Position numbers and translations under genes: made by a program | Part shown: positions 25,281 to 37,399 of the stretch, piece after piece | Position numbering within the stretch: position 1 is the first letter of the stretch | Layout of the letters: every line of letters starts with the position of its first letter | Assembly: GCA_002256025.1 (NCBI GenBank) | Contig: NKIB01014283.1 | Coordinates: 1-45,270 of the forward strand | Direction of reading: 5' to 3' | DNA length: 45,270 nt | Source: Asterionella formosa | Taxonomy: Eukaryota | Notes under the pieces: generated by a model | Seen by the model: the letters and a program-made list of their open reading frames with translations, nothing else | What the model was told of the DNA's origin: nothing | Databases searched by the model: none

Positions 25281-25825
25281 CGTAGTATGAATATCTATAT
25301 CCTCAATTGTTTCGATTAACTTAAATACAGAGAATTGCATCGATTAGCGATTCAGAATCTATGGCAAGAACTCAAATCTAGTATGTTACTCATCAAACCG
25401 CATTTTTCGAGTACGCTGATTCTCACATAGAAAAATGGTGTTTTTTACATAAGCAATCTGACATAAAATTATGCTGCTTGGCACTTGAGTCACGGCAGAT
25501 CGCCGCAAATTATTTTTTATCAGGGGGAGTACCTGACACTACCTCTGGGCAAAAATATTTGTGCATATTCTCAAAAAATTTCCAGAGCAATTTCGACTTC
25601 AACAATTTTCTCTGGTTCAAATGCCCTAATGTGCTCAATCACATGAGCTTATTGTACAAATCAATCTATAATCCATACGTGGTAAATTTAAATTGGCAAA
25701 AATAGTTTTGGGGTTTTTTCGATTTTCACCTATGGCCATCTCAAGCAAAATGCAGATAGATGTGGACCCATTTTTCTTCGAACTATCAATTCTTCACATA
25801 CATACAAAGTAGAATAGTATAACAG

Positions 25826-25926
25826 AGGGAAGGGCTTAGTGGTTAAGCATGTTGCCTTTAATATGAGGTTGTGATGTTCGATTCCCGCAACTTTTTTGAG
25901 AAGCAATTGTTGGGTTCGACTCCCAC
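25826..25926 (+). repeat. Degenerate tRNA-like head with a duplicated B box
   Basis: GGGCTTAGTGGTTAAGC (25832), GTTCGATTCCC (25876) and GGGTTCGACTCCCA (25912). Confidence 0.5.
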
Positions 25927-26971
25927 ACTCCTTACCGTCCCGCATGGTCTTGCCTGGTGTGCAAGAAATAGTGGGTTGCCCCCCCCTACAAGCAGCTTGT
26001 GCCGCCACTAGGATGGCGTTTCACCTAACGCTGTGGGTAAGACAATCACCTTTCAAAAAAGGTGGTTAGGGACTCACGTACGCTAACAAACCTAGGGAAG
26101 CACAGGTCCTGTTGTCAGGCAGCACAATGAAATACTTGTCTTGAAAGAGGGGAGTACGAATGGGCTATAAAACATACTAACTTTTAGGATAGTATAACAG
26201 TAGGGTAATGCTAACTGCAATGAAATCTTGGGAAATTCAAAATACTTTAGAGGATCCACAGTACATAGATAAGAACAAAATAGTCTATCAATGAATGATG
26301 TCCTATATAGTATACCGGAGTATATGTAGTTGAACCATAAACGACCAAAAATATATTTTATCAAATAGGTGGAATATGAAGACCTTGTTCAAATGTAGTT
26401 ATACCAAATTTAACTTTATACGTGCATATCATACACCGAATATTATACCGATCAATAGCTTAGAGGAAGGCACACTAGTATATGACAAAAGAACCAACGA
26501 AAATTGTTGTTGTCAAAATGATGTCCCTGGATACTAAAGGTAAATTTCAATCAGAGATGATCATGGCTGTGGCACCGTTGGTGTTTTTCGACAGAGGGAG
26601 TAGTACTATAAGGGAAACAAAGCTATTTTTCTCATTTAACTCACCCAACTTGGAGGTATTCATACGTAGCAAGGGTATTAGATACCTAAGATAGGATACA
26701 TAAGAAATATCGTGGTCATATCGAATAATAACGTTTTATAGTATGTAGGTATATAATGTGCAATTAGTTTTTTTATGGCTGAATAGAAATAAATGATCAC
26801 CATCCATCGTCATCAAAACGTGATGTATGAATTACCGGTACACCACCATTTTTTCTCATGATGTACCAATCACTCACTGTGTGGTTTCAACTTTCTGCCG
26901 ATCAACCTTGGGCGACACCACGAAAACAAGACAAATCATAAAATGAAAGATATATCACCCACTCAAAACCC

Positions 26972-27784
26972 ATGATCAAGATGAGAGTGAATCCTTTCAT
27001 CTTCCCTTTCGCTTGCATGCTGCGTGAATCCCATGCTTTCGTCGCACGTGCCAGGTGGAATGCAAAAGCAATAAGGAAACCAAATAAAATGGCAGCCTTT
27101 GTGAACCTTCGAGGTGGCGCTGAACCACAACGGTGTGAAATGGTCAGGGCAACTGTAGAATCATTTCCAGTGCTCAGCCAGATTTTCAACGTCGTGCAAT
27201 CGAGTCCCCTCTTTGGCAATAGTCTAGTTTGTATGGGACTTTCGGCTATTGGAGATATCTTGGCTCAGAAATTTGAACACTACGAACAACGATCGACACA
27301 TAGTCCAATCATTCGTGCACCAACGACTCAGCCTCTTGACGTTGGGAGAACGTGGATGCTTGCTTCTTTTGGGCTTTTTATTTGTGGGCCGTTATATTCC
27401 GTTTGGTACCCCTTTGTGCATGAGTTATCTAGACCATGGTCACTGGAAAAATATGGAGTGTGGATGTTGCCTGTCGTCAAGATGGTGCTCGAGCTTCTAT
27501 TTGTTGAGCCCTTATTTTTAACCTCTTTCTTCGGCTATATGAATTTTGCAAAAGGCGGAAATCTGAGCACTTTGAAAAAAACGATTCTTTCAGAGTTTCT
27601 GAGGACTTACAAGGTCAGCCTTGCCTTTTGGCCACCAATTATGCTAATAAGTTTTCGATTTGTCCCGGTCTCTCTCCTGCCAATTGTTGTGAATGTGGCA
27701 AATGCATTTTGGGATGCATTTCTTTCGTATCAAAACTCTCACAGTTCTGCATTTGACGTCAGTGATGATGGTGTCAAGCAATAG
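26972..27784 (+). CDS. Mpv17/PMP22 family membrane protein with plastid-type presequence
   Basis: Motifs GDILAQ, DVGRT, GPLYSVWY, FWPPIMLISFRFVP and NVANAFWDAFLSY. The signal peptide ends SHA-F and is followed by LRGG. Confidence 0.9.
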   Translation: MIKMRVNPFIFPFACMLRESHAFVARARWNAKAIRKPNKMAAFVNLRGGAEPQRCEMVRATVESFPVLSQIFNVVQSSPLFGNSLVCMGLSAIGDILAQKFEHYEQRSTHSPIIRAPTTQPLDVGRTWMLASFGLFICGPLYSVWYPFVHELSRPWSLEKYGVWMLPVVKMVLELLFVEPLFLTSFFGYMNFAKGGNLSTLKKTILSEFLRTYKVSLAFWPPIMLISFRFVPVSLLPIVVNVANAFWDAFLSYQNSHSSAFDVSDDGVKQ

Positions 27785-28957
27785 TTGGTACAATATTCAA
27801 ATTTCGGATCAAGTGTAGATTAACCAAAGACAGAGGGTACATCCCACAAACTTTGGTCAGCAGGTTCATTCCTTGTAAGGATTGTCGGACAGCATGCCTT
27901 GTTTTGATACTCAGCGCGGCTTTTATGAATTAATACAAGTCATCTCATTTATAAAGAGTTGAACCTAGAGAACAAGTATCAATTCTACCCCCACTAGGAG
28001 CAGTCACCTTTAGAATTATTTGTAGTACTTGTCCTTGAATTGCTGAACAGCAGCAATATATTCCGTACCGATCTGCGTCTCTGATATCATAGCTCACAAA
28101 CAAATACAGGTTGACCATGAGTGCTAGGCGTTGCACGTTAGCTCCAGAATTATATCTCGGTTTATGTAAGTTAGCAACATTTAGTACGCACTGCGGAGTT
28201 CCGACCAGGTACCTGGAACGGGACTCCTGATACCTGATACTGTCCTTATGCTACGCTATCGTGCAGCCGTCCTGATGAGGTGGTTTCGTTATTTGAAAAG
28301 GAGTACCGGTACTGTAAATTCGTATCTTATTTTAGATCTCAATTGTATGTCACTTACTTACGTACGTCCAGCGAGCCATACAAAGCTATTTATTTTTTCA
28401 TCGTCCTCATCATGCATGATACCAGTATATGGTTTTGCTCCTCACACAGGCAAAGGGGCCTTGATCCGTCTCGATGATGGGCTGCCAGGCCGGGCATCGA
28501 AATTCAGTCTGGTCACGAAGAACACAAATAACCGTATATATCCTACACCAGCGCAGAACACATATCCAACTACCGGTACGGGTAGTCTACCGTACCAGTA
28601 CTCAAGAATAATCAACAACATGGAGCGGGTTGTTCCCTGCTTGTGCTCCGCAGGAGGAGTACCGGTATATACTGGTAGGTATCAACATCAGGAACCGGTG
28701 TCACAAGAAAATCCTTAACAAGCGAGCAGGAGGCGCAATTTATGATACTACCAGGTAGCGTGCATATATATATAGGCAGTGCAGTCTATGTATGTGCTTG
28801 TACATCTTTTACCGGTAGTCTATAGTACTGGTATACCGGTAGTCTATTGTTTGTGCCACTGGCGATGTACACCGGTATGTACTACCGGTAGTATGCAAAG
28901 CACTTTATTGTTCCTCACTCGTTCGTTGCTCGATGTCATCACCCTTTGTACATGACC

Positions 28958-31446
28958 ATGGCGCAATCGACGACAGTATTCGAAGCGGTTGCCTCCCACA
29001 ATCTAGAAGGAGTCGCCAAGGAGTATCTAAAGGCAGCAAGAACGTCTATCCTTGGGTACCTGACCTTTCAAGAACGGTGCAGACCCAGAAATGAAGAAGT
29101 CAAGAATGGTGAGTCCGAACTTTATTCCGTACGTAGAAACCACGTGGTGCCGGTACCGAGTCGGAGCTTTTGTGGGAGCGACCCTTGACAGGAAGATCCA
29201 GCAATCACAATTTTGGACTAGCGAGAAAATGCCAACGAAAGATCTGCTGTCGTCATGTCTCAATTCTTCTCTTTTGGTGGAATGTCAACTCAATAGTGCT
29301 GCTATGTTAGTCTACCGGTATTCACTCACTTCATCCTGCGACCGCCCTTCTCTTACCTCTCTGATTGTTCTTTGCTGGCTACTCTCTGCTCTTCAACTTG
29401 ACAGAGGAAAAACTGGATGAGTATCTGCAACAAGTCGTTAACGACCCTTGGCGCACCCCCCAAGACGACGAGCACTACTGGGAGCTATTGCGTCAAATCA
29501 CTTCCTTGGCTCACAATGAATCATCGTCACTATTACCGTCTGTTGACTCGACCAAGTGCATAGGCGCTGACGGGATGATGTGGCAATCGATGCACGCCTT
29601 GGCCAACTCCAGGCCGCCTCCGTACTTTGTTTGTTACAACAAGCAAGGAATGACGGAACCTCCGTCCGGACACGACGGGCCTCCTATTTTTGACGGCTCC
29701 GTCGCGAACGCAACGCCACCTCCCATGGGGCCAATGGGACCGTCGGGAGGATCGGGCACGTTGCTGCACTTGGCCTGTGTTGTCGATTCACCTTTTGCGT
29801 TGGCGTTGGCCTTGATTGGAGGAGCGGATGCGAGATCTCCGCATACGGCCTTTCGAAGACTGATGATTCATGAAGCGGCCTGCAGTGGCTCGATTGGTTG
29901 TTTGCGATTGTTGTTGGAACTTGGAGATGATTGTGTTCATCAATTGTACAGACCGCACATGCTTTATGCCTCTGCGGCAGATTATACGGAATCATCGCGC
30001 GAGAAGGAAATGCCATTCTTTCCCTTCGATGACGAACTTAAGCAAACAAGTTTGGCTTCGTTGATTATCCGGTCACCACGACAACTCGACGACCGAAAGA
30101 GATGTGCCAGAAAACAGAGACCGCAGTGGCTGGATCTCATGCGTGAAGTCATTGACGTGTCACGCAAGATCAAATCGGGGCATTTGTCGGAACTGGAAGG
30201 GGCTCGATTGATACTTTCCAATCAAACTTTGTCCAGGTCCACAAAGGAGGTCTTAGCAAACTCATGTAGCTTTCTTCTTAAAGGTAATACGATTCAGGGA
30301 GATCCGTACAATCGATCATGGTATGCTGATGGGCACGGAAATACACCTTTGCATTGGGCCGCCTTTAAGAATGAGCGCCAATGCGTTCGCTTGCTACTGC
30401 AATTCCACGCAAACCCAAATATTCGCGCACATACATCGGGATGGACACCCCTTCACGATGCTGCCTATAGTAATTCGGCAGAATCGGTCGAACTCTTGTT
30501 GGATGCCGGTGCTGATGTGGATTTTCCCGCAGATTCTGGTGCGACGCCTCTCTGTTTTGCCGCCCAAGAAGATGCCGACAGATCAGCGCGAATGCTATTG
30601 GAACGAGGGGCGGAGCTTTCGATGCGATGTGCAGGACGCCCTTCGCGAATGGGAACTCCTCTCCTTACTGGCCCATTAGGAGGAACGCAGAATGGTCGAT
30701 TCAGTGGTTATACTCCACTTCACTACTGCGCGCATTACAATGCACATCGCGCCGCTCGTGTCTTGCTGGCGCATGATACCGCTCAAACAGCCATGGAGAT
30801 TCCAGACTTGAACGGACGACTTCCAATTCACATTGCTGTCGCTCGCGGAAGCTCGGATGTCTTGAGAGAACTCCTACATGCCGGTGCCCGCATTGACATG
30901 CCATTTGGGCACTTGGTTTCTTCGCCGGCCCGACTTCGAACTGCAGATGCACTGGCAGAACCAAGGTACGTGGCCATTCGACCACAATCACCACCACGTT
31001 CTCCTCGCGAAGACGATGCAACAGTACCGACTCCGCCTGTCTCGTCTCCCATTTTGAGAAGTATGATTCCTGCTGCTCCTATTTCGTCGTCCAAACCTTG
31101 GAACTGCTTGACGCAAGGAGCTATTGATGAATGCAAAAAGTTGATTTCACAAGCGGAACAGTGCTGGGCACCCAACCGACACACCTTATTCACCCCTGCC
31201 GATCGCCGGGCTGTGTTGGAGTTGTTACGAGTGGGGAAGCGGTTCGAACAAACGGGGTCGGGAATCTTCATCGATTTATGGCCTCTTGTTCTTTCATTTT
31301 GTGGGCGAGGTTGGTTTGAAGTGGAAGGTACTGCTGGAGACATGAGCCGTGCTCTTTCGTTGCCAGCTTTCACGCTTAGTGGGGATCACCATGATGAAGG
31401 AGATGTAGACATGATTGATGATCTTGGCTTTGCGCTGGTTCATTAA
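28958..31446 (+). CDS. Ankyrin-repeat protein, multi-exon (probable exons 28958-29108, 29192-29305, about 29378-31446)
   Basis: Ankyrin repeats GTLLHLAC, LMIHEAAC, GNTPLHWAA, GWTPLHDAA, GATPLCFAA, GYTPLHYCA and GRLPIHIAV. The GTGAGT...CAG intron 29109-29191 keeps frame. The second acceptor is uncertain. Confidence 0.88.
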
Positions 31447-31821
31447 TTATCGTCCTTGGAAGATTGGAATATTTTTGATGCTGGCACTGTGTTATTATTT
31501 CACTCCCTGTGAATGGTTTCTTTATGATAACTCTTCTTTTAGTAGCATCAATACTTAAAAATATGTACTATAAACGTGACATGAAACGTTTTCGCTTAGC
31601 AATTAGCCTTCATTTTCCTGAGAAATGGAGTGAATATTAAATGCTGGTATTGGCTAAATGACTCAGTTGGGAAATGGGGAACCTTGTGGCAATGCATGTT
31701 TGATCAGGCTAGTTCCAAATTAATCATGTTAATACAATATAAGTTCAATCTATAACTAATTTATTTAATTGATATGATTCCCACATGTTATAATCCAGTT
31801 GAAACTCAGCTTAACACCCCT

Positions 31822-32085
31822 TCAAACGGGTCCACCAAACTTGATATCTGTTACACCGTCGTCGACCTCTTTCACCATTTTCTGTTCAGCGATAGTCTGC
31901 GGGGCTTCCATGGGGACATTGATTTCGGTTTTCATAACGCTTTCAACTGGGCGTCCCCATGGGCTGGTGGCCATCTGAAAAATACCAATTCCTGTACTTA
32001 CTAGAAGAAATCCCAAAACTGACATCTCCTGTCGGGACATTATTGTGGGGTCTTTCGTTAATCCATGAGGGAATCTGGGTGGCAT
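31822..32085 (-). CDS. Small 87 aa single-pass membrane protein of unknown function
   Basis: ATG-initiated ORF with coding-like composition and one hydrophobic helix (VLGFLLVSTGIGIFQM). Confidence 0.5.
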   Translation of the reverse strand: MPPRFPHGLTKDPTIMSRQEMSVLGFLLVSTGIGIFQMATSPWGRPVESVMKTEINVPMEAPQTIAEQKMVKEVDDGVTDIKFGGPV

Positions 32086-32945
32086 AGTGTACTGAATATC
32101 TGTGTATGCTGTCCTATATCTTGTTGTGCGCTTAAATTAGTTTCCGAATGAGAGAGTGAATGGCAATTAGTGAGAACCGATCACATGATTATCATTGTTG
32201 TACGGTAACCAAGGTGAGCATGAGAATATTAAACTCAAAATAACAATGCATCACGCAGTACTGGTACCCTGGTACCAGGTACCGGTAGCATGATCATAGT
32301 GGGACAGGGCTGTTGATGCGGTATTGTTATCTGATTTATCATGTGTGAGTCACAAGCAAAAAATGATTTTCTTCGAGGCGGCAGGGTTCAAGAATTCTGT
32401 TGCAGACAGACCATCACTACATAGCATTCCTACAATGATGAGGACATAAATACAGGTATGAAATGTTATACCGGTTTTGAACTCCTCCTACATTTATGGT
32501 ATTTACCTGCAGTACCGGTACTTCGTAAGGAGGACATAAGGCGGTCACGACATCTACGATTGCTGTCGTACGTACGGACAGGGATGTCAGGGAAACCCAC
32601 AAAAATGCAAATGATCCGCCATGAAATTGATTTGACTCTAGTCTAGACTACACTATTATGTATATGCACTCTATGCCATGGTTACCTGGTACTCCGAGTA
32701 CCAGGTACGAGGGTAATTGAATAGTATATAGACCTGGTGACTCTTCGATCGTCGACATGTCCTTATGCTCAGTATCACTCACATCATTAATATGAAACCG
32801 GATTTGATCTGGGGGTCAAATGAAGTAACAAGTCCCGTTTCTCTTAACTAGTGGATTCAAGGTGACTGGGTTTTCTCGTTATTCGTCTGGCCTGGCAAGA
32901 ACGAATGATAAAAGTGCAAAATGCGAACAAAGGAGCACATAACTC

Positions 32946-33959
32946 TCACAACAGCTCAGCTAACTGAAATATGCGTTCCTTGACAATACTCTTTTTGGCA
33001 TTATGTGGGGACATATTCCTGACAAACTGAATCATACTGCTCAAGATCCCTGCATGGCGCGCCATTAAGCATCGATTGACGACCGTGTCTGATAAATGGA
33101 GCAGCAATGTCATCGATGATTCATGATTGCTTCTAATAGCAACAACTATGGCGTCTAATACCTTTGGTATTCGAACCAAGATAGTCCCATTATAGTTGTC
33201 CTTGCTGAGTTTGATAAAAATGGCTAGACAAGTTTCTTGAAGGTCGAAACTGTCCGTGCAGCACCGTGCAATTCGGGTCAAAAGGTCGGGGCAATCCATC
33301 AGAGCCTCGGGTTGCTTCCTTGTCAGAATTTGATGGAGAGCCTTTTGTCGGGTATCATCTGTCTCTTTGGATCCAAGTTTGTCTATGAGTTGCCGGACAT
33401 TGCTCTCGTTGTCATGCTGTGGATCGTGTACTTGATGGATACCAGAAGTCGTGACAAGCTGAATGGCCCGGTCCAGTAGCTCCAAACGCGATTCCTTCGT
33501 ATCTCTCAAGCCAACAACTTGCGACACGTATTTCAGGACTTCACTGTCTTCTGCGAGCTGCATCGTCCTAGCGATTCGGAGACATGTAAGAAATAGATCG
33601 GTGTCCGCCAGTCGCATGACTTGACACAGGATCGAGTCCGTCGACTCATTCGGAGTAAGCAACGCCCACGAGGCGCATATTGCTTTTATCATTGGCATAT
33701 CCGCGCTTCTTCCATGCCGTAATATATAACCTAAGTGCAGCACGATGGTACAGTGCAGCTTGTGTCGATCAGTCGGGATGGATGCATTCCGTAGTCGAAG
33801 ATGTACCGTTTCCCACTCATCGAGGTTAGGAGGCACGCTTAACTCGAGTATATCAATGTCATGTCGTGGTCTCTTCTTATTATTGTAGCAATGATCGATT
33901 GTGAAGAATGATAGGTGTCTACGATTCAACTTCATTCTGGCACTCTTTGTCGCGAACAT
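32946..33959 (-). CDS. Armadillo/HEAT-like helical repeat protein
   Basis: Leu-rich helical ORF with diatom-style ARM-like segments (IFIKLSKDNYNGTILVRIPKVLDAIV, LLHLSDTVVNRCLMARHAGILSSMI) and an N-terminal KKRPR basic patch. Confidence 0.7.
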   Translation of the reverse strand: MFATKSARMKLNRRHLSFFTIDHCYNNKKRPRHDIDILELSVPPNLDEWETVHLRLRNASIPTDRHKLHCTIVLHLGYILRHGRSADMPMIKAICASWALLTPNESTDSILCQVMRLADTDLFLTCLRIARTMQLAEDSEVLKYVSQVVGLRDTKESRLELLDRAIQLVTTSGIHQVHDPQHDNESNVRQLIDKLGSKETDDTRQKALHQILTRKQPEALMDCPDLLTRIARCCTDSFDLQETCLAIFIKLSKDNYNGTILVRIPKVLDAIVVAIRSNHESSMTLLLHLSDTVVNRCLMARHAGILSSMIQFVRNMSPHNAKKSIVKERIFQLAELL

Positions 33960-34707
33960 AAATGCCAACCTATAGGAACAATAGAACCTTTTTTATAAAT
34001 TTTTTATTTATCATAGACCCAAGGATACCGGCAGATAATTTGTGAATATAATTACATACATACCGATATGCACGTATGTTTGTGCGAGGGCAAAATATGC
34101 AAAACATCGCTACATCGCTCGGCAGTCGCCAAATGACTTTGAGCCAATCGGGTACCAGGTACCAGTACCATACACTGGTACCTGGTACCGTATGAATTGA
34201 CACACACACTACCAGTACCGGTAGTTAAATTGTGTACCGGTAGTCTAACATTTCTTTATGCAAGCCGGTACCGGTACTTGAGTTTGGTGCTCCAATACCG
34301 GTAATTGAATAAAGCCATCGGCAGTACATGTCGTACTTACTGCCTTTGAGAAAGAATCATTTAATCACAGGCCGCAGCCAACGCGGCAGGAGTCGTACCG
34401 GTAGGTCGTACGAAACAACCCTGGAGTGGTGCTACAGTATATTACAAAACGGTAGATGTACTGCCTCCTATGTGGTACCAGGTACCTGGTACTGGTACCG
34501 GTAATACAAGCAACTGGCTAAGTATTGCATGCAAATGATTGTGATATAGTACCAGGTAAAGGTGCCAGGGTTACTAAATTAGCTACATCCGTGATCGAAT
34601 ACTAGACTTTATCACAGGAGTAGAGGCTGAATATGAATGACTCGTTTCATTTCATTCCAAGAATAAGCTGATTTGCTTTACTCGACTCCCATCACCATCT
34701 CGCCATC

Positions 34708-36306
34708 ATGTCTGGCTACAAAAGTAACGCAGCTGCTGATCGAGAGGCTCTATTCGGGCCTTCAAAAAGCGGAGCTGGAGGCCCCAAACACAAGCGCGAG
34801 CATGCAGCCAATCGCGATGCTCTGTTTGGTCCCTCTGGGGCATCTTCCATGGGTTCTACGACCAAGAGCAAGTCTCCTTCCGCTGCTACTGTTTCAGCGA
34901 AACATAAACCTACAACAACAACTACTGCTACTAACAATACAGCTATGGGATATAACCCTGCCAAGAAGTCTCCGCTCTCGTCCGGCACCATTGAGGGTCC
35001 CGCCAAAGTTGCCAAACTGAAGGACGCTGCCAAATTCCGCGACGCCGCCGTCCAAGCTATGCAAAAGGGAATCTTTACGCGACCCGACCCACTCATGGCG
35101 GCCAATTTATACAATCGAGCGGCCGAGTTGTACGGACAGTGCGGAGAACGTCGACTCGAGCGCTTGCATCGGATCGCAGCGGCAGATTGCCAAATGGGAT
35201 CAGGCAGCTTTCCAGTTGCTGCAGCGGACTATACCAAGGCAGCAGAATTGAGCCGAACATCGGACGAGACTCTGGAACGGAAACGGAAGGAGGGGAACAA
35301 GTTGTGGAGGGATGCTGCTACCGCATGGACGAATGCTGGGGAGCCGAGCAAGGCAGCTAATGCACGGGTGCAAGCTGCCCTTGCCATGGTCTGGGAGGAT
35401 GATACTACCTACATGGATAAGATGTCACTCACGGCCATGGAAGAAGCGGTTGAAGCACATGTACCGGATGTATTGAATCCCTTTGCCAAAAACCGAGCCA
35501 CTGGCAAGTCACTATATGCAGAGAACATTCATGCAACCCCAACCCCTGAGACAATGGAGCTTGCAAGGGAGCATGTCATTAGAACGCCATACGCTCATGA
35601 ACCAGTGCAGCAACTGGTTTCTATTCTTGTTAAATACGGAGAATTCCCTTCAGCGCTCTATGCCACGGGAGCCGCTTCTTACATACTGGAAAATGATGGC
35701 GCATCGACATTGACCCTCTCCAGAAGCTTCATTAAGGAAACGATTCTACAACTTGCGATGGGCGACCCAGTTGCTGCCGAACAGTCGTTTTTGAATCGAC
35801 ATGTACAACATGATCATTATTTACTTTCACGAGAGTGTAAGCTTGCCGAAGAATTGTATCGGAGCGTTCTCAATCGGGATGAAATTGCACTTGACGAAGC
35901 AAGGTCGCCGACTGGGAGCAACAGGTCAGCTATGGCGCAATTAGATCCCCCGTTGAGAGAATTGATTCACCAATTGAGAATCTCTGGAATGGCCAGAAGA
36001 GTAGCGGGCGAGACGAGGAGCAAGGTGCCAATCAAGGCACTCTTGATCGTGGATGATTCAAATGAAGAAGTTGTACGGGCGGAAACAGACTCGTCTATTC
36101 CGAAGGCAGCACAAGGTACCAACATTATTGCCGACGAATCTGAGTACTACGATCCCGGCAAAATGCAGGCAGAAATGGATGACTTAATGGCTGGCCTTGA
36201 CGACCTAAATGATTTGGGAGGAGCAAATGCAGAAGACGATAACGGAGCTGGATTAGGCCAGGTTGACGATGACGACGATGATGACGATGATATCGATTTG
36301 CGCTGA
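34708..36306 (+). CDS. Gamma-SNAP-like (soluble NSF attachment protein) TPR protein
   Basis: GIFTRPDPLMAANLYNRAAELY, TILQLAMGDPVAA and SRECKLAEEL, with an acidic C-terminus ending DDDIDLR as in SNAP proteins. Confidence 0.8.
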   Translation: MSGYKSNAAADREALFGPSKSGAGGPKHKREHAANRDALFGPSGASSMGSTTKSKSPSAATVSAKHKPTTTTTATNNTAMGYNPAKKSPLSSGTIEGPAKVAKLKDAAKFRDAAVQAMQKGIFTRPDPLMAANLYNRAAELYGQCGERRLERLHRIAAADCQMGSGSFPVAAADYTKAAELSRTSDETLERKRKEGNKLWRDAATAWTNAGEPSKAANARVQAALAMVWEDDTTYMDKMSLTAMEEAVEAHVPDVLNPFAKNRATGKSLYAENIHATPTPETMELAREHVIRTPYAHEPVQQLVSILVKYGEFPSALYATGAASYILENDGASTLTLSRSFIKETILQLAMGDPVAAEQSFLNRHVQHDHYLLSRECKLAEELYRSVLNRDEIALDEARSPTGSNRSAMAQLDPPLRELIHQLRISGMARRVAGETRSKVPIKALLIVDDSNEEVVRAETDSSIPKAAQGTNIIADESEYYDPGKMQAEMDDLMAGLDDLNDLGGANAEDDNGAGLGQVDDDDDDDDDIDLR

Positions 36307-36547
36307 AACAAGTCCATGAGTTTCGAATGTTTTTCATAAAAGGAATTCTCGTTTAGTACTTATTTACTTTGCGATGTGAATTCATTAGTTCTTGACCAAT
36401 GCATGGACTCAAGATAAGCTTCTGGTCACACGGCATGTGAATTCTTGGAAGATAATGTCATTATAGAAAACTTGTATGTACGCACATCTTGTTGTTTTCC
36501 AGATACATATTTTGCCCTAGTTGAAGAAGCTGTAGATGTTCCCGAAT

Positions 36548-37399
36548 TCAAACTGTGCGTTTGGCTAGGTTCGCACCGGGTTCTTGAAGAAAGGCCATGG
36601 TTTTGCAATGTTCCATCTCGTCATCACGAATGGCGCAAAAGACGTCATATAGATTATCCATTTTGGGTCGTCGCTTCTCTTCAGTTAAAGTCGTATGCAT
36701 CTCGTCAAACATATACAGATCTCCATCTCGGTAATAGTCGACTGCCACCTGAGGAGCCGGTTGCTTTAATAGCCACTCTTCATTGTCCTTTAGAAACTTG
36801 TCGTAGGTATTCGCCGCATGTTCCTCCACTGCTTGATTGAGATTGTAAGCAAGTGATGGATTAACTACATAAGCCACCACGACGAACCAATAGTAGAAGA
36901 AGGCAACATGCTGAGCAATGAAACGATCTCCAAACTTGGAGCTGCCCCCAAGATCTTCCATAATGAGCAAATGATGGAGCTCATTGATTGTTTCGGCGAA
37001 ATGCATTTGAAGATAGTCAGCCCGACGCCACCAGCCCAACGTCTCATAGAGATGAAGGACGGAAAGGTAGGAAAAGTATGGCATGCGAGCAATCGTCTCC
37101 AAGGCATAAAATCGGGCAAAAGCCCGATCCAACGTTTCACCTGGAAAGAGAGTATCAAATAGAACAGTCTTACCGGTATCGATAAACATTTGGTTGAAGG
37201 CCTTTGTGCCATTGCTCAAAGGTGATCCGAAAACAGCAGCAGGAGATGTTGAGGCGATTTTCAGTTCCTCAGGGAGAGTTGATACGTGTAATGTGGTTCT
37301 AAAAGATCGGCCAACACTAGGCTGGACGGAGAAAGCATCTGCCATTGGCGCAAAGAAAGCTAGTAGCGAGATAACCTTCATCATGATAATCTTGACCAT
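36548..37399 (-). CDS. PTOX: Plastid terminal oxidase (alternative oxidase family), copy 1
   Basis: RFYALETIARMPYFSYLSVLHLYETLG, NELHHLLIME, VEEHAANTY and IRDDEMEH carry the di-iron ligands. The signal peptide ends ADA-F. Confidence 0.93.
   Translation of the reverse strand: MVKIIMMKVISLLAFFAPMADAFSVQPSVGRSFRTTLHVSTLPEELKIASTSPAAVFGSPLSNGTKAFNQMFIDTGKTVLFDTLFPGETLDRAFARFYALETIARMPYFSYLSVLHLYETLGWWRRADYLQMHFAETINELHHLLIMEDLGGSSKFGDRFIAQHVAFFYYWFVVVAYVVNPSLAYNLNQAVEEHAANTYDKFLKDNEEWLLKQPAPQVAVDYYRDGDLYMFDEMHTTLTEEKRRPKMDNLYDVFCAIRDDEMEHCKTMAFLQEPGANLAKRTV

Noticed and set aside
28248..28718. 156 aa ORF upstream of the ankyrin gene
   Set aside because: Its composition is driven by ACCGGT/GTACC motifs (TGT, VPV) and it has no domain; likely promoter DNA.
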